From Octopus vulgaris (taxonomy: Eukaryota), in NCBI GenBank assembly GCA_951406725.2, contig OX597826.1, positions 60,222,001-60,284,000 on the forward strand: DNA of 62,000 nt. The letters run 5' to 3'. Below, piece by piece: positions 12,154-26,798 of this stretch. Both the position numbers and the translations under genes were made by a program. The notes beneath the pieces are model-generated. The model did no database searches and was not told where the DNA came from. It saw only the letters and a program-made list of their open reading frames with translations. The first letter of the stretch is position 1. The number at the start of each line of letters is the position of its first letter.

Positions 12154-13604
12154 ACCATAGATCATAGATCTGCTGCTTATAAAACTGTCATCAATGAGGA
12201 GAGCGCCGTAAAGGAAATCCTAAGTTTTTATTAATGATCTTAACTGCTTCTTGTTAATTAAATAACACTTATAAACATATAACACAACATAAATTAGAAG
12301 TATGAAAATTACTTTAAATATCAAACATTTAGGAATTTGCACAAAACGGTATGAACATTGTGATTCGCTCAATTGATATTTAGTGTTCTTTTCGTTAGAT
12401 TCCTTCCTCCACGCTACGATAAACATGAACAGCTGGCCAAACACAATTAGTCACACGTTATTTGCATTTGTCATGTGAAATCATGTGTTAGTGTGTTAAT
12501 TATATCTGGCGTATTATTGTATACACAATAATTATAGTTTCCGAAGTCAACTACCATAGCAAAATCCCATAAATAGTACATTACCGCAACACCCTGCAAC
12601 CAGCTTCTTTTTTTTTAAAGATATGAAACTGGCCATGCCATTCAGCGACGTATTTTCGTTGAAGGCTTCGTATAAATAACTTCTGAAAAGATTGCAGGTG
12701 TTATTGGAATGACAATGATTGTGTAACAGAGAATAACTGCCATACAATATATATCGTAGAATATTAATCATTACATTTTAGAGAGAGAGAGAGAATCGAC
12801 TTTAAATATCTTCACTGATAGTTCTGGAAGCTTAGACGCAGAAGAAGTAACGAGGCACCAATAAAAGGAAGTATTATTTTAAAAACATATAAACATATAA
12901 TAAGCCATCCATAAATTGCACCAAGCGGTTCAGCTTCTACATCGCTGTGTAAAGTAATGTATAATGGCAGCAGATATTAATTTATATAGAAGGAATGAAA
13001 CATTTGGAACATGCTGAAACGTTTTATCACAAATAAGTAAATGTCTTTTATATTCAATTGCAGCGCAAACAAAATGTGTTATCTCTCTTAAATCTATTAA
13101 ATAAATCTACGGAGGAACAGAATAAGACAAAGGAGATATTTCTCACTAAGAACGTGTAACTATAAAATTATAGTTTTCTCTTTTTCCACTCTTTGCTCAA
13201 TCGTAGATCTAATTTTCGATGTTTCCTTACAATCCATATCAACTGGTTCTACACGGATTACGCTGAAAACAACTTGACTATAATTACCAGTTCCGCCTAG
13301 GATCATGTAGTAATGTGTCAAAAATGAATTACAAATTGTACATTAAAATTACGGATAAACTTACTTCCGTAACGTACACAAGTGGAGTTATATGTGGAAT
13401 CATGAGTATGAGACGGCATTCTGAAAGACAAGAAACATTCCATGTGTAAGGCCTTTGTAAAATATCTAAATGAATAACAAACATACGGCCATAAATAGAA
13501 AATAACTATATTGAATATCAGATAATGAAATCTCTTTAGGACACTAAAATAGGTATTTCTAAACCTAACATTCGATTTTAATGTGTTATATATATTTTAG
13601 TATC

Positions 13605-13623
13605 TATCTTTCTATCTATATAT

Positions 13624-13722
<99 letters not shown>

Positions 13723-13813
13723 ACTATCTACATATCTATCAATCAATCAATCAATCTATCTATCTATCTATGAATCTATCTATATATATGTATGTATATA
13801 TATATTTATATAG

Positions 13814-13846
<33 letters not shown>

Positions 13847-13848
13847 TA

Positions 13849-13900
<52 letters not shown>
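13605..13900. repeat. (TATC)n/(TA)n microsatellite block
   Basis: Direct inspection. Confidence 0.95.
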
Positions 13901-13903
<3 letters not shown>

Positions 13904-13929
13904 GAGTGTGCGCGCGAGAGTGTGCCTGC

Positions 13930-14152
13930 GTTTGTCCCCCTACCATCGCTCCCCAACTGATGTTGATGTATCTACGTCCCCTTAACTTAGCGGTTCGGCA
14001 AAATTAACCGATTGGATAAGTACTAGGCTTACAAAGAATGAGTTCTGGGGTCGATGTATACTCTTTTACTCTTTCATTTGTTTTAGTCATTTGACTGCGG
14101 CTCTACTGGAGCACAGCCATTAGTCAAAGAACTCATTCTTTGTAAGCCTTGT
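13930..14152. mobile_element. Two SINE A 3' fragments in tail-to-tail (fold-back) arrangement
   Basis: AGGCTTACAAAGAATGAGTTCT (about 14025-14046) and its exact reverse complement (about 14128-14149). Confidence 0.7.
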
Positions 14153-14263
14153 CCTTATATAAGTGTGCTTGTGCGTGTATGTAAATGCATTTATATATGT
14201 ATATATTAAGACACTCACACATACACACAACTATATATAAACGTATCTATATGTATTCATGTG

Positions 14264-14302
<39 letters not shown>

Positions 14303-14683
14303 CCACACACACATAATAACACGCACGCACACACACACACACACACACATGGTTTTACATTTGTGTTGCACGCGCGTTTATGTGTGTAAGTGTAAGACAT
14401 AATGTGTGACGGTCCTTTTGGATGCAAGTATGGAAGCCTTTTCATTATACGCTAAGATACCTTTGTTTTAACATGGCCAATATCTCATACCACGGTCCAC
14501 GTAATTGGACAAAGCCGCCATCTTCAATCACCTTCCACGCCAGTTAATTAATCTATAGACACCATCAAGACATGTCTGTACACTTGTATACTATCCTCAA
14601 CGCATTCGGAAGTACATGCATCACTTACCGCAGCGATCATTTTCGGAGACAACAGCTTCACACTATGATCTGAGTACATGTAC

Positions 14684-14722
<39 letters not shown>

Positions 14723-14808
14723 TGTGTGTGTGCATAATATTTATATATATATGTATATATATACTATATATATATATACATACGTATATATATATAGGTA
14801 TATATATG

Positions 14809-14870
<62 letters not shown>

Positions 14871-14957
14871 AGAGAGAGAGAGCGAAAGGATAGATAGATA
14901 GATAGATATATATATAGATAGATAGATACATATATATATATATATATATACGTATAT

Positions 14958-15018
<61 letters not shown>

Positions 15019-15808
15019 CAGACAGATAAATAGGTTGACAGACAGACTGATTAATTCATAGATAGATATATAGAGATACATATACATACATATACATATA
15101 TATGCATGTGCGTGTGTGTGTGTGCATGTATCTATCTATCTATCACACTCTCTCTCTCTATATATATATATATTGATATATATATGCATATATATGCCTA
15201 TATAGTTATATATTATACTTGATTTTACTTGTTGCTTTAGTATATTCTTGAATGATTCATATTTTCATATTTGCATGCAGGAGCTACTGACCCAACCCAC
15301 ACACCAATTAAGCTCACACAGTCACCTTCACTTCACCATCTACATAAACACATTGCCAAACATATTCACACACACGCACACATACACACACACCTATATC
15401 CAGCTATGCATCTGCGTATCGACTCATTTGAATCTACTAACGATCTGCTCTTCTCTTATCATTTTCATCATTTTTATGCATCTCTATGCCATTCTGCTGA
15501 CACTTACAAGCAAAGCAATGTGCTTAATGATGAAGTCAACAGCTATAGATGTGAGTTTCAATTATTTTGTGCAACACTATATTGCCTGTTGGGATTATTA
15601 CAGCGACCTGTTCATATTTCAGTTAAAATAATTGGATAATGGATTTCAGAGGAAATTCGTGAAGTGTTCATTAATGGAATCATGAATCACCAGCGTATTA
15701 AATATGCGTTGAAATATGGTGCTTGTTCACATATGCATATGAGTGTTTATATATGTGAATGCTATACATATGTCTATTTGTTTTCAAAAAAATAAAAAAT
15801 GATCTAAC

Positions 15809-16165
15809 GAGGCGTGGCTGTGTGGTAAGAAATTTGCTTCCAAACCACATGATTCCGGGTTCAGTCACACTGTATGGCACTTTGGTCAAATGTCTTCTAT
15901 TATATCCTCGGGCCGACCAAAGCCTTGTGAGTGGATGTCTGTGTGTATGTATGACTACATTTCTGAGTTTGTCCTCCCGCCGTCACTTGACAACTGATTC
16001 AGGTTTGTTTTCGTCCCCGTAACTTAACCTTTCGGCAACAGAGACCGGTAGAATAAGAACTAGTCTTTCAAAAGAATAAGTCTGGGGGTCGATTTCCTCG
16101 ACTGAAGACGGTGCTCCTGCATGGCCGCTCTCAGATGACTGAAGCAAATGAATGAAAGAATGAAA
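15809..16165 (+). mobile_element. SINE family A diverged copy
   Basis: GTGGCTGTGTGGTAAG..TTCCGGGTTCAGTC..GGCACTTTGGTCAAATGTCTTC..GGTGCTCC.GCATGGCCGC. Confidence 0.85.
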
Positions 16166-16243
16166 CAATATGTAAAAATCCTTCCACATACAGACAAACT
16201 TACAAGTCATGTATAATTGCTCATGTATGTACGTATACATATA

Positions 16244-16630
16244 TCACCTTGACCGACCAGTCCGTCAGGCGTCCATTTGACACCGCTGGTCATAGCACGC
16301 TGTCCACTCCTCTCTGGATCGCGCCTTTCGACAACTGCGCGGTTCCACCGATTATCGGTGAGCCGGGCGACGTGTCCAGCCCATCTAAACTTGCTGTGTG
16401 TATACTCTGCGATGACATCCCTCACGACGGACTTCTTTCTGATTATCTCGCTACTGACGTGCTCTCTCAACGAGATACCAATCATTGACCTTTCCATGGC
16501 TCTTTGAGCCGTTACCAGTCTCTGCTCTTCTCTCTTTGTGGTAGCCCATGTTTCAAACATTGCAGGTAGAACCGTACTGTTGATGAGGTTGAAAAAACGA
16601 GTTCTCAATTCCATACTATGTATTAGCAAT
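16244..16630 (-). mobile_element. 5'-truncated RTE-clade LINE (C-terminus after RT, plus short 3' end)
   Basis: STVLPAM..ETWATTKREEQRL..QRAMERSMIGISLREHV..IRKKS.V.DVI..KFRWAGHVAR.TDNRW is the typical RTE ORF C-terminus. Confidence 0.85.
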
Positions 16631-17081
16631 ATAATTTATTTGGGCCGACGCATTTTAATGATACTCCGCCACTCCGAGTTTCGCCTGTGAGTGCACAGTC
16701 TTCAGGCAAATTATGGCTGATGACTTGCAACAGGTTCCTGTGCGCACACAAATGAAATCAGAGACCTACAGACTGACTCCACCTGAAAAAAATATTACAG
16801 AACTGTGTGTATGTATGTATGTGAGTGTGTGAGTGTGTACGCTAATTCTAAGGCGTACCTTAACATTTTGCTGTAATTAGTTACACATTTGGAACTGTCA
16901 ATTTTAGTATTAGGTTTCCAGAAATTCTACTTTCATTTTTAATCTATGTATCTATCTATCGATCGATCGATCGATAGATCGATGGACCTATGTATCCTTT
17001 TCTCTTGAATATTACTATATTTTCTATTTGTAGAATGATATATTAAGCTGTTATTGTGACTCACTCACTCACACACACACT

Positions 17082-17139
<58 letters not shown>

Positions 17140-17149
17140 GACAGACAGA

Positions 17150-17629
17150 GAATTCACAAAAAAGACAAAAGACGAAGACAGGTGGTGTAGACAACAAACA
17201 GATGTGATAGTTTAACGCTCGGGAAGTAAAAAAATGTCTTTAACGTTTCGAGCCTACGCTCTCCCACAAAAAGGAACACAAAGAGAAACAGAGAGAGAAA
17301 ATAAAGAATGTGTAGTGGCTTGGGTCTATCATGGCGAATGCCGGACAGAGGGGTTATACATGAGAGTTAGGAAGAAAGGGAGATAGAAAGAACCAAAAAG
17401 TTTAGAAAGTACAAAAAAGTTCTAAAACGTTGAAAAGCTTCAAAAGCTTCGTCGTGGTGTATTGGAGCGATTTCTCATCAACGGAAGAGTCCATTGTAAT
17501 CCATGGACAGGAGAGGTACAGCTGACGTGTTGGAGAGTAGAAAATCCAGGTAGAATAGTCCGAAGTGTAGAAGGTGTAGAAAATCCAAGAAAAGTTCATT
17601 GGGAGACAGGATCAACTGGTGCGACCACG

Positions 17630-17635
<6 letters not shown>
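17150..17635 (-). mobile_element. Single full unit of the ~490-bp Penelope/retrozyme-like repeat
   Basis: Reverse complement matches 7275-7790 (CACGTG.TCGC.CCAGTTGATCCTGTCTCC..GTTGATGA.AAATCGCTCCAATACACCAC..GAGCGTAGGCTCGAAACGTTAAAGAC). Confidence 0.75.
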
Positions 17636-17668
<33 letters not shown>

Positions 17669-19333
17669 AATTTGAGATAAAACCACTATTAGGCAACTCA
17701 AACAGTGATAGACATAAACCAAAACATAAAAAACATAAATAAATATAATTAATATAATATGCAATATATATATAAAATATAAAATTTAAAATTTAATTTT
17801 TCTGGGGCCTAATATTGGTTTTATCACTAATTTTATCACTAATACTGTGAAATTTGATTCATCCTAAATTTAATTTTCGCTTTAAGTTTGGATATACTCC
17901 CTAATATTGTTATTATTATTATATATATCTATATATATATATATATATATATATATTAACATGAACATGAAGATAGAATCGAGTATACGAAAAGCTATGC
18001 ACCAGGAAGGGTTGAGTAATCTCTGTGGTTCCGTGCTATGGTTTGGGATGGTCGAAATATCGAACTGGATACTTTGGTCGTGTAGACAGAGAAAACCAAT
18101 ACTATACATATTTAGCGCCTAAGGAGCTGGTCCAAATTACGTGTTACTTTGAGTAGAACGTTGTTGGTATACTCTAGGCTGTCCGTCAAGTGGCAAATTC
18201 CCTTGGGAAATTATAATCACACGAATAACATACCAACATCAATCCATCGTACGATATTATTCCTTTAATTATACACACACACACACACACAAACGCATAT
18301 ATATATATATGAAATGTAAATACGAACGGAATAAATCAAATTTCGGGTAAATCGGATAAGTGGTTGTGGAGATATTAAGTGTTTTCGGGATACAAATATC
18401 CAAAACAGTGCATAATGGAAAAAGTCGCCGAAAATAATCTTTATCTTGAAAGGGAAGAAACTCTTAACTTTCGATTAGATACAGTGACTTAACGAAAATA
18501 CACGATTTGTTTTTTACAATAAAGTAGCCTGACCCGTGCCGTCAAAAATGACGGCTAATTGTACTATTTTATATATAAATAGGGTACATAATAATCACGC
18601 ATATAAAAGTTTTATACGGCACGCATTTCTGTCGAATGAGCAACCGTTTACATTTTAAGAAAGTTGAAATAATTCCATTAAACGAACACGTAAATGGTCG
18701 TCGTCATACAAGGTAGATACAACATATATGGGCGTGTATGTGTGTGTTTGTGTAAGTATGGTGTGCATGGGTGTACGTGTATGTGTGTGGACATGTGTGA
18801 CTGAGCGATTCTATAGATCACACAGACACAGACGTTCACATGTGACTACTAATGAATACATTTTACGCTATGAGAACCTGTACTCCTAAACACATTCAGT
18901 GGGGCTTTTTGTCATATGTGCATTACACACACATGCGCACGCACACACACACGTATATGCATATATAGATATATATACATGAAAAGCTGTATCGCTAAAA
19001 GTGGAACTTAAAAATACTTCTATGCCACAGAATAGTCAAAAAATTAATTCAAACATGATAGGAGAAAAATTACAGTGAACAATAACATCAATTTACCTCT
19101 GCTAGGTCAGCAAAAGTAATACTGGCACTAGCGATGATATCTTTAGTAGGACTACCAATCTCATATATATATGTAAATATATACATATACACACATATAT
19201 GAATGTATGCCTGTATGTATGTATAACATTAGAAGTTAGCTTGAAACTTGCTTGCAATGTTACCCAGCAGAACTGGCGCATAATGGGTCATGTGTTGTCT
19301 AGTTTTGTATCAATAATGATAGCTATATGACTG

Positions 19334-19675
<342 letters not shown>

Positions 19676-20133
19676 GATACTGAATGAGTGATTGACTAAT
19701 TGTTTGATTGATTGACAGACAGATAGACAGAGTTTTCTCGTCAAGTGTTAGGATTAGAGTTTCCATCAAGGAATGGAGACGAAATATGGGAGTATATTGG
19801 TGTGTGTGTGTGTGTATGCGTTTGTATGTGTGTGTGTGGATGTGTGTATGTTGTGTGTTTACACGTTTCTGTGTCTCTGTTTTTCTACAATTCTAGGGTT
19901 ACTGTCGAATATTAACGATTCATTGAAACCCGTCATATATGAGTCATACTATGGGCAGCGTTACACACTAGGAATAAATAGGAAGTATAGGTTAAAGGTC
20001 GTCAAGCCAACTTAATCAGCGACAATGTAAGAATATATATCTATCTTTCTATATATTGACAAAGATATATAGATGAATAGATAAATAGATAGATATGTAT
20101 GTGTGTGTGTGCGTGTGTGTGTATGGGTAAACG

Positions 20134-20170
<37 letters not shown>

Positions 20171-20189
20171 ATACGTTATATGCATTCTA

Positions 20190-20400
20190 TTATTCTTTCA
20201 TTTGTTTCAGTCAATTGACTGCGGCCATGCTGGAGTACCACCTTTAGTGGAACCAATCGACCCCAGGACTTATTCTTTGTAAGCCTATTACTTATTCTAT
20301 CAATCCCTTTTGCCGAATCGTTAATTTAAGAGGATATAAGCACGCCAACATCAGTTATCAAGCGACGGTGGGGTTAAACACAGACACACAAATAAACATA
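20190..20400 (-). mobile_element. SINE family A 3' half
   Basis: TGTTTCAGTCA.TTGACTGCGGCCATGCTGGAG..CTTATTCTTTGTAAGCC. Confidence 0.85.
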
Positions 20401-20409
20401 AACACACAG

Positions 20410-20456
<47 letters not shown>

Positions 20457-20463
<7 letters not shown>

Positions 20464-20750
20464 ATCACGTGACCGGCCACGCTATCAGGTGTTGCTACAC
20501 ATCGCTGGTCACAATGCGCCTCGCATTGTTTTAGCAATCAAGTGACGCTACCCGGCCGGCTATGCCAGCAAGCCAACAGAAGACAGAGTGAGAGAAAGAT
20601 GTGGTGAAAGAGTACAGCAGGGATTGCGAACACCCGCTGCCGGAGCATCGTGGAGCTTTAGGTGATTTCGCTCAATAAATACTCACAACACCCGGTCTGG
20701 TAATCGAAACCACGATCCTCTGCCCTAACCACTGGGCCATTGCGCCTCCA
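20457..20750 (-). mobile_element. SINE family B head with tail type 2
   Basis: Head TGGAGGCGCAATGGCCCAGTGGTTAGGGC with an internal deletion; tail CTAAAACAATGCG..TGTGACCAGCGATGTGT..GTCACGTGATCACGTGA. Confidence 0.8.
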
Positions 20751-20780
20751 CACAAACACGCACACACACAAACACACACA

Positions 20781-21045
20781 CAGGAGTGGCCAAGTACTTT
20801 CTTACGAACCACATGGCTCCGGGTTCATTTCCACTGCATGGCACCTTGGGCAACTGTCTTCTACTATAACCTCGGGTCGACCAAAGCCTTGTCTGTGGAT
20901 TTGGTAGACGAAGACTGAAAGAAGAGACCGATGCAATAAGTACTAGTCTTACTAAGAAATAGTCCTGGGATCGATTTGCTCGATTAAAGGCGGTACGGCA
21001 GCATGGCCGCAGTCAAATGACTGAAACAAGTAAAAGAATAAAAGT
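20781..21045 (+). mobile_element. SINE family A with internal deletion
   Basis: CAGGAGTGGC..GGCACCTTGGGCAACTGTCTTC..GACTGAAACAAGTAAAAGA. Confidence 0.85.
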
Positions 21046-21082
21046 ATACTATTTATATTTATATGCATATATATACATATAC

Positions 21083-21142
<60 letters not shown>

Positions 21143-21143
<1 letters not shown>

Positions 21144-21418
21144 TTTTGTGTTTGGGGAGAGTCATTCTCTTTTAGTGCCTAATTATTTAACACACTCACC
21201 GGTAAAATTAACACTTATTTCTTATTTTTTATTTTCAAAAAGTTTCATTGCGTCTTACAACCTTTTCAATAGTATTTGAGAGTCAAGACTATTGAAAAGG
21301 TTGCAAGATGCAATGAAAATTTCAGAAAATAAAAAATAAGAAATAAGTGGTAACTTTACCGGTGAGTGTGTTAAATAATAAGGCACTAAAAGAGAATGAC
21401 TCTCCCCAGACACAACAG
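21143..21418. mobile_element. Palindromic MITE (128-bp arms, 14-bp loop)
   Basis: 21146-21273 is the near-exact reverse complement of 21288-21415. A deleted copy lies at about 27394-27483. Confidence 0.8.
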
Positions 21419-21474
21419 AATATGCTGCAACACACGAACTCATATAAAGAATCTTGCAAACCAAATCCCAAAAC

Positions 21475-21524
<50 letters not shown>

Positions 21525-21985
21525 TACACACAAGCACGCACACACACACACACACATATGACATACGTAAATGTATATACGAAGATATACACAGCTATAA
21601 CCATGTTTTTATATATGTACGTATTTGTGTTCGTGTATGTGTATATGTACGTATTGGTGCACGGATTATTTATACGATGCATTTTGCCCCAAACTCAACG
21701 GAAGTATATGAAAGTTTGTACGGAAGTTGTTATCAACATATCTGTGGACTTTATCACTGACATTTTCGAGTCTTGTTCTGTATATTTGTCTGGGAGGTGT
21801 AAAGTACATAATATTTACTTGCATCAACCAGATAGATGATGTTTGTGAAACTGGACAACCGGATGTGAGACCAACATTTTCGTAATTGAAGCTTGCCCGA
21901 AGTACGTGACATTCGAAACATAAAAACCTAGATGATTGCCCACTTCAGACATATATAGAGAACCGGACGCTCACCCACAGACACA

Positions 21986-22048
<63 letters not shown>

Positions 22049-22116
22049 TCGTGTGTGTGTGTGTGTGTATAAATACATACATATATATATTTGTGTGTGT
22101 GTGCGTGTAGATAGAC

Positions 22117-22151
<35 letters not shown>

Positions 22152-22394
22152 TGGACAGACAGTTATATATATATATGCTGACAGGCACATGGCCATATAT
22201 ACGAATTATTGGTAAAAGTTCCTAGGTTTAGGTAAAAGAAAGTACTGGAGAAGCAGTTAATTATGATTATTTTTCCCTACATATTCCCCTCTCAGGTTCA
22301 CACACTTATTGCAACGGTACTTCAGTTTTTCTGAGCTTTGTAAAAGTAGAGGTAGATTGGAGACTCCAGCCAGGGCTTTTGCGATATATGCTTC

Positions 22395-22431
<37 letters not shown>

Positions 22432-22435
<4 letters not shown>

Positions 22436-22607
22436 GCAGGAGTGTCTGTGTGGTAGGTAGCTTGCTTACCAGCCACATGGTGCTTGGTTCAGCCCCACTG
22501 CGTGGCACCTTGGGTAGGTGTCTTCTACCTTGATCCGACCAAAGGCTTGTGAGTGGATTTTGTAGACGGAAACTGAAAGAAGCCCGTCGTATATATGTAT
22601 ATGTATG

Positions 22608-22663
<56 letters not shown>

Positions 22664-22875
22664 GGTGTATATGATTGTGTGTCTGTGTTTGTCCCTCCAG
22701 CATCGCTTGACAACCGATTGTGGTGTGTATACGTCCCCGTAATTTAGCGGTTCGGGATAAGAGACCGATATAATAAGTACAAGGCTCCCAAAGAATAAGT
22801 CCTAGGGTCGATTTTCTGAACTAAAGGCGGTGCTCCAGCATGACTGAAACAAGTAATAGAGTAAAAGAGAGTAAG
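22432..22875 (+). mobile_element. SINE family A copy
   Basis: Full module order from GCAGGAGTG to GAAACAAGTAATAGAGTAAAAGA. Confidence 0.88.
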
Positions 22876-22912
<37 letters not shown>

Positions 22913-23193
22913 AGTGAATATAGATATGCATACATGAAATCTTTTGCTGGTAACGTATGTATAACTCTCTGTTTCGAAAAATTCAGAAATAAACGCAGAA
23001 AAAGGATAAATCAGCAGAAATTCCATTGGTAAACAAGTAAAATCTAATTAGAAACATCGTAAGACTTCCAGATTTACATCATGTTTTTGCATGCAACACA
23101 GGTTGACGACAAAATACAATAGATTGTGGGAGTTGTAGTCATAATTTATGTTCAGCCTGTGCAAATATACAAATACATAAACACATAGATATG

Positions 23194-24160
23194 ACTAAGT
23201 GGCATTGCATCCCGGCGTTGCCCGGGTGTTATGACCTGCGGCCATTTGTATTAACTTTTCTTTTCTTCTAGTCAGAATCGGCACACCTGATATATAATGA
23301 ACTGGATTACTAGCGTAATGGAAGTTATTGCTTGTTTAAAAGTGAAGGACGGGAGGGTGCTATTTGCATGTGTTTGCATAAAAGTGCTTTCTGTTATTTA
23401 GAAGGACCATAAACTACGAATTGTTTCATTGTATAGAAAGGGGTTAATACAATTTTTTCCAGAAATCACGTTCTCAAAATTTTAATTCTCCACCCCGTCC
23501 CCACCGCGATTTCTTAATTTGTAGCTATTTTTCGATTTTTAAAAAAAATTCTGGAAAAATACAGAGATTACGAATCTGGGAAATACATTTTTGAAAGTTT
23601 AATTTTTGTTAATGCCCCTTCCCCTATCTTGTTCACCCATTACCTACCGCTTTCATAAAACTAAAACCTCCCAACGTTTCACTTTCGTCTGATGTTTTAC
23701 GCATGCGTACAATTGTACTGAAGGGTGCACGATACGCTTGAAGCAACACGGGTTAAGAGAGACTTAAACATTTTAATATTTCTATCTTTGAAAACCAGTG
23801 GATGTATTCCACTGAAATTAGGTAAATAATTCTTCGATCAGACGGTCAGCAGCGACGCCTGCTGGGCTTGGCTAATCTGCATTGATAAAGGGCAAATACT
23901 CTGAAACATGTCTGCAGATACCTGACCAGCAAGGGGGAGCGGCTGACCTCCCCTTTTCGAAGGTTATAATGGACACAGGTTCGTGTGTCATATAACTAGC
24001 TAGAGGCGAAGTTGAAGGCGATGGCGTCTTGGAGCTAATCAACGGCGGTTTAGTCTTATATTTATGGACTGCCATATTAGCTTGGCGATAACTGTTAATT
24101 TCCAGTACCGCTGCCGTAGTCTCCTTTAGAGAGACTCAGAAATTTTAATATTTATATATA
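23194..24160 (-). mobile_element. Putative non-autonomous Helitron-like element
   Basis: Minus-strand end CCCGGGCAACGCCGGG hairpin, then 11 nt and a degenerate CTTAG-T. The other end merges into a (TA)n run. Boundaries are uncertain. Confidence 0.4.
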
Positions 24161-24179
24161 TATAAATATATATATATAA

Positions 24180-24250
<71 letters not shown>

Positions 24251-24280
24251 AAAAAAGGAGATGTCGAACACGAGTGGTGA

Positions 24281-24736
<456 letters not shown>

Positions 24737-25079
24737 GTGTGTGTTTGAAAGTAAGTACTGGAGCCGATTCATTCGATTAAATATTCTTGAAGGCATTGTA
24801 ATGACTGAAAGAAATAAAACGTATCAGATAACCCCACTCCACAACATTTATGGATTTTTTGTTATTTTTCTACGGATCATTATTTTGAGATGGTATTATA
24901 TAAATAAGTCTTGTTATCTCACTCTCAGAAAAAATATTTATAGTGAGTAACACTCCAATCAATGATGGAGGGTAAAGGGATTTGCAGACGTCTTGCCAGT
25001 TCCTATCTCAGCTTCTCTTGATTCAAATTGAAAACCCTCCGAGAAATAAAAAGAAACGTTTTGTCCTCTATGTTGTTTT

Positions 25080-25381
25080 TCTTTGTTCCTTCTTGAGCCA
25101 CGCCTGGTTCATAAGGGCCAGTTTCCCGGTTTCATTGAGGTATAGGTTCTTTACCTGTACGGGACACCGGTCAGTCGCAGGTGAGTTGCTTGATGCAGGA
25201 GGAAAGAATGAGAGAAAGTTTTGGCGAAAGAGTCAGCAGAAGTTCACCATTACCTGCTGCTGGACCCGCGTGGAGCTTAGGTGTTTCGTTCCTAAAGACA
25301 CACATCGCCCTAGCTGAGATTCGAACCCTCGATCCCTCGACCACGAGTCCGCTGCCCTAACCAGTAGGCCATGTGCCTCCA
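25080..25381 (-). mobile_element. SINE family B-like head with tail type 3
   Basis: Reverse complement TGGAGGCACATGGCCTACTGGTTAGGGCAGCGGACTCG..GGTTCGAATCTC..ACACCTAAGCTCCACG..GAAACCGGGAAACTGGCCCTTATGA..GCTCAAGAAGGAAC. Confidence 0.8.
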
Positions 25382-26363
25382 CTTTGTCCTGTAAAGTTCT
25401 TAAATTTTGAATAACCTAGTTTTGACCACAACAGTTATGTGAAGCAATTTAAAAACAGCTCAGTATTGGGAGTCACCAGCGAGGTCTATGCTACATAAGG
25501 ACACTGTTGACACTTAAACAAAAAAATACTAATATACGTGCATACCAGTGAACGAATGCATGTGCCTGAGGCATGAGATTTTTTTCCATTTCATAGAATT
25601 CAAAATCTGATATTTATATGTACTTAGTATTATCAAATAAATTCCTCTGTAAATAAGTGTTAACGTTGCCTCCTTGGTTCTACATTTATCTATAACATAT
25701 ATTTTACACCTGTTATTAATTTGATCGGCTCCGTTGACAAAATACTATTGTATCTAGAGATATGTGTTTTTTTAATGTTTCCTATAAATGGCCAGTATTC
25801 TAGACACTTTTTGAAATATGTTGTGGCTTCAAGCAATTCCTACAAACATCGAAACTTCTCAATTTTTTCTTTTCTCCTTCTTTCTCTTTCTTGTTCTTTC
25901 TCCCTCTACCACTCAGTTTTATACACACTTCGCTTTTTCACACACACATATGCACAGTGAGTGAAACAGACAGAGAAAACAAAAATAACAGACATATAGA
26001 CTACTGAGCCAATATCTTTTACATTCAGTTATCATTTATTTCTAAATATAAATATTTAAAATAACGTTACTCTTTCACTGACGCGATTTGTTCAATGTTC
26101 CGTTTTATCTTTGGAAAAATAATGTCGAGTTTGAATAAGCTTCAAGGATTTCCGTTTCCTTAGTCTGTATATTATTATTTGTGTGTGTGTGTATTTCATT
26201 ATACTTGCTGAAATTTTAACCTATGATGTTAGGATTTGGACTTTTGATGTATGAAACTTCCCTTATTTTAGGATTCGGTTTCCAGTTTTTAACAAGAGGC
26301 ATTCTTGAAGTTTCGTGTCTTTCTCAGGCGAGACATTTATTAAGTTCAAAGCTGTAAAACACT

Positions 26364-26798
26364 CTAATCTCTTTGAAATTAGGATCCTTTGATTTCAATT
26401 CTCTTGTTCTGGTGCTCCAACCATTTCGTGAAGGCCCCATGGGACTCCTCCCAAAATTAAGGTATCCAGGAGCTTTCACACGTCTTCCTTCATGTCTTTC
26501 AGTTCGAGAAATTTCACAGGGAGCAAGTCCTGAATTATATGGATGTGTGGGATAGTTTTGATGTCCACTTCTGTTAAGTAGTTGGTTACCAGGAAGTGGG
26601 TGTAGACTGGAGTATTGTCATGGGACACATTCTTTGGCCTTTTGCGACGAAATCTCTACTGAACTCCTTAAAAACCTTCACAAAGTACACTTTGTTGGCC
26701 GTTGGGCGACAGGGAACCAAACATATATAGATGATGACTTTGATGTCGTAAATGGGGAACTTCATGTGTTTTCCGGTGGAATTGATTTGCTTGGTCTT
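26364..26798 (-). mobile_element. Decayed mariner transposase (catalytic C-terminal part)
   Basis: Frameshifted KTKQINSTGKHM.FPIYD..TANKVYFVKVFKEF..HDNTPVYT..VTNYLTE.DIKTIPH..DL.P..GAFTKWLE..NK.IEIKGS*FQRD* parallels mariner DNAP/YSPDLAP..F.KW.ER..KC...G.YFEGD. Confidence 0.75.

Noticed and set aside
12547-12771. 74-aa ORF of ordinary composition
   Set aside because: Length is within chance expectation and no motif was found.
14620-14670. Possible 41-nt micro-exon (CAG|..GCG|GTAAGT, minus strand); a similar 45-nt case at about 56942-56992 on the plus strand
   Set aside because: Splice-like hexamers occur by chance in 62 kb, polypyrimidine tracts are weak, and there is no partner exon or homology.
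17960-18200. Coding-like stretch WSKYRTGYFGRVDRENQYYTYLAPKEL
   Set aside because: Interrupted by stops, and no family recognised.
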